IMG/VR virus record: IMGVR_UViG_3300032218_003242
Location: 1 to 38,810 of that record
Direction: 5' to 3' (one strand)
Source of the DNA: a virus
Taxonomy: Duplodnaviria > Caudoviricetes
DNA length: 38,810 nt
In this document: in pieces, positions 37,644 through 38,810 of the stretch
How the letters are laid out: the number at the start of each line of letters is the position of its first letter
Position numbering within the stretch: the first letter of the stretch is position 1
Translations under genes and position numbers: made by a program
Notes under the pieces: generated by a model
Database searches by the model: none
What the model was told of the DNA's origin: nothing
Seen by the model: only the letters and a program-made list of their open reading frames with translations

Positions 37644-38128
37644 TGACCATCTTGTTTAATAACTGGTTAAAGCGTACACGTGAACTACAAAAGGACGTAT
37701 ACTTCATTAACTACGAAGAAATGCAAGGCGATAAGCCTCAGAACATCCGTAAGTTTGTAGAGTACCTACGCTGGAATATGCTAGCGGTAGATGATGAACT
37801 TGCAGAGATGCGCCAGGCAATCTCATGGAAGCCTTGGCAACACGACGCTCCTTATGCAGATAGAGAAGAAGTAATTAAGGAAGCGGTTGACGTTTTACAC
37901 TTTGTCGCCAACATTATCGTTGCGGCGGGTGGAACAGACGAGATGCTTGATAAGTTTTATCTTGAAAAGATGGAACGTAACAAGCAACGTCAGCTAGACG
38001 GCTACAAGGTTAAGGACATCGGAGTAAAGTGTGCTCTATGCCAGCGCGCAATTGACGACGTAGGTCGCGGCGCAAGCCCAGAAATGTGCGCAAAATGTTT
38101 ACCAAGGGAGGTAGATTACAGTGCCTGA
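37643..38128 (+). CDS. All-alpha (dimeric) dUTPase/dCTPase with C-terminal CxxC-CxxC
   Basis: DELAEM...SWKPW...EEVIKEAVDVLHF...Y.EK...N..RQ..GY; CALC...CAKC tail. Confidence 0.82.
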   Translation: MTILFNNWLKRTRELQKDVYFINYEEMQGDKPQNIRKFVEYLRWNMLAVDDELAEMRQAISWKPWQHDAPYADREEVIKEAVDVLHFVANIIVAAGGTDEMLDKFYLEKMERNKQRQLDGYKVKDIGVKCALCQRAIDDVGRGASPEMCAKCLPREVDYSA

Positions 38129-38540
38129 GATCAACGAGCAATGGATTAAAGAACAGATGCAGGAGGCAAAGGTTAAAGTTGGCGTGGGAAACGCGCTACT
38201 AAAACTTCTTGCTGCATGGGAGCCTCTAAAATTATCTGATCCTCAGCAAAAAGAAGTACTTGCGTTATTCAATAAGCTAGCGCTTGGCCACGCGGTAACT
38301 CCTGAGGTTGCCAACGAGGTATGGACTGATGCGCAACCAGGAGCGATTACCGTAGGAGATCAGGTGCGCGTAAAGCTAGACGCATACCAAGGATCTACAG
38401 GCTCTCTTCACAACGGACGTAGAGGTAAGGTTGTAGGAATTCGCTACGGCGACATCATCTTTAAGTCTAATGATAATAGGGAACCTATCCTTGACGGAGC
38501 TCACTATTCACCTCATCAACTTCAAAAGAGAGTTCAATAA
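38121..38540 (+). CDS. Hypothetical protein with C-terminal SH3/KOW-like domain
   Basis: VGDQVRVK...HNGRRGKVVGIRYGDI; SD AGGGAGG. Confidence 0.65.
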   Translation: MPEINEQWIKEQMQEAKVKVGVGNALLKLLAAWEPLKLSDPQQKEVLALFNKLALGHAVTPEVANEVWTDAQPGAITVGDQVRVKLDAYQGSTGSLHNGRRGKVVGIRYGDIIFKSNDNREPILDGAHYSPHQLQKRVQ

Positions 38541-38743
38541 TGAGATCTACAGTTGAATTTTTTATTACAGGTTCTACCTTGACTGAGATTATGGAGGGTG
38601 CTAAGCAGCGTTGGCAGGATTTTTGCGGTGACGAAAACGCGACCCTGCCTGTGGACTCAGAGTTGCAGATCAAGGATAAACGCGATGAAGGAAACGTACT
38701 TACAGGAATCATCACTATTCGCACGAAGGTAGAAGATAAATGA
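38540..38743 (+). CDS. Small hypothetical protein
   Basis: 67 aa, translationally coupled on both sides. Confidence 0.65.
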   Translation: MRSTVEFFITGSTLTEIMEGAKQRWQDFCGDENATLPVDSELQIKDKRDEGNVLTGIITIRTKVEDK

Positions 38744-38810
38744 CAGAGAATGAAGCGGTAGTTCAGTATCGTGTTGAGGCTTTACGCGAGGCCGCAAAGA
38801 TCATCACAGG
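38740..38810 (+). CDS. Partial CDS, possibly DUF6378-like nucleotide hydrolase-associated protein
   Basis: ATG 38740 (ATGA overlap); MTENEAVVQYRVEALREAAKIITG.. resembles R..L.EA..II.G(DR) N-terminus of DUF6378; truncated by window. Confidence 0.4.
   Translation, partial: MTENEAVVQYRVEALREAAKIIT

Overview
Single-strand (+) gene-dense segment of a tailed dsDNA phage (siphovirus-type, long tape measure), most likely infecting a lower-GC actinobacterium such as a freshwater lineage (inference from gene set and synteny resembling mycobacteriophage cluster B-like head genes). 1-24.8 kb is the virion module: a 1562-aa multidomain prohead-protease protein, scaffold-fused major capsid (hexamer-type) protein, pentamer-type capsid protein, tail tube, adaptor/terminator, chaperones, tape measure, Dit, Tal-like and fibre proteins. 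25.3-38.8 kb is nucleotide metabolism/replication/recombination: dNMP kinase fused to a UDG-fold domain, a thymidylate-synthase homologue carrying the dCMP-specific Asp, GT-A glycosyltransferase, dCMP deaminase, PolA (Tyr762), RuvC-like resolvase, SNF2 helicase, Cas4-like exonuclease, Sak4-like ATPase, SSB, two T4-BGT-like GT-B paralogues and an all-alpha dUTPase/dCTPase. The strongest candidate for a new system is a T-even-like glycosylated (hydroxymethyl)cytosine DNA hypermodification pathway with three glycosyltransferases and a kinase-glycosylase fusion. Also notable: nested in-frame starts and repeated putative cleavage motifs in the head proteins, a structured (possibly pseudoknotted) capsid mRNA leader, and one small beta-domain inserted seven times into five virion proteins. 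All family assignments are from motif recognition by eye; no searches were run.
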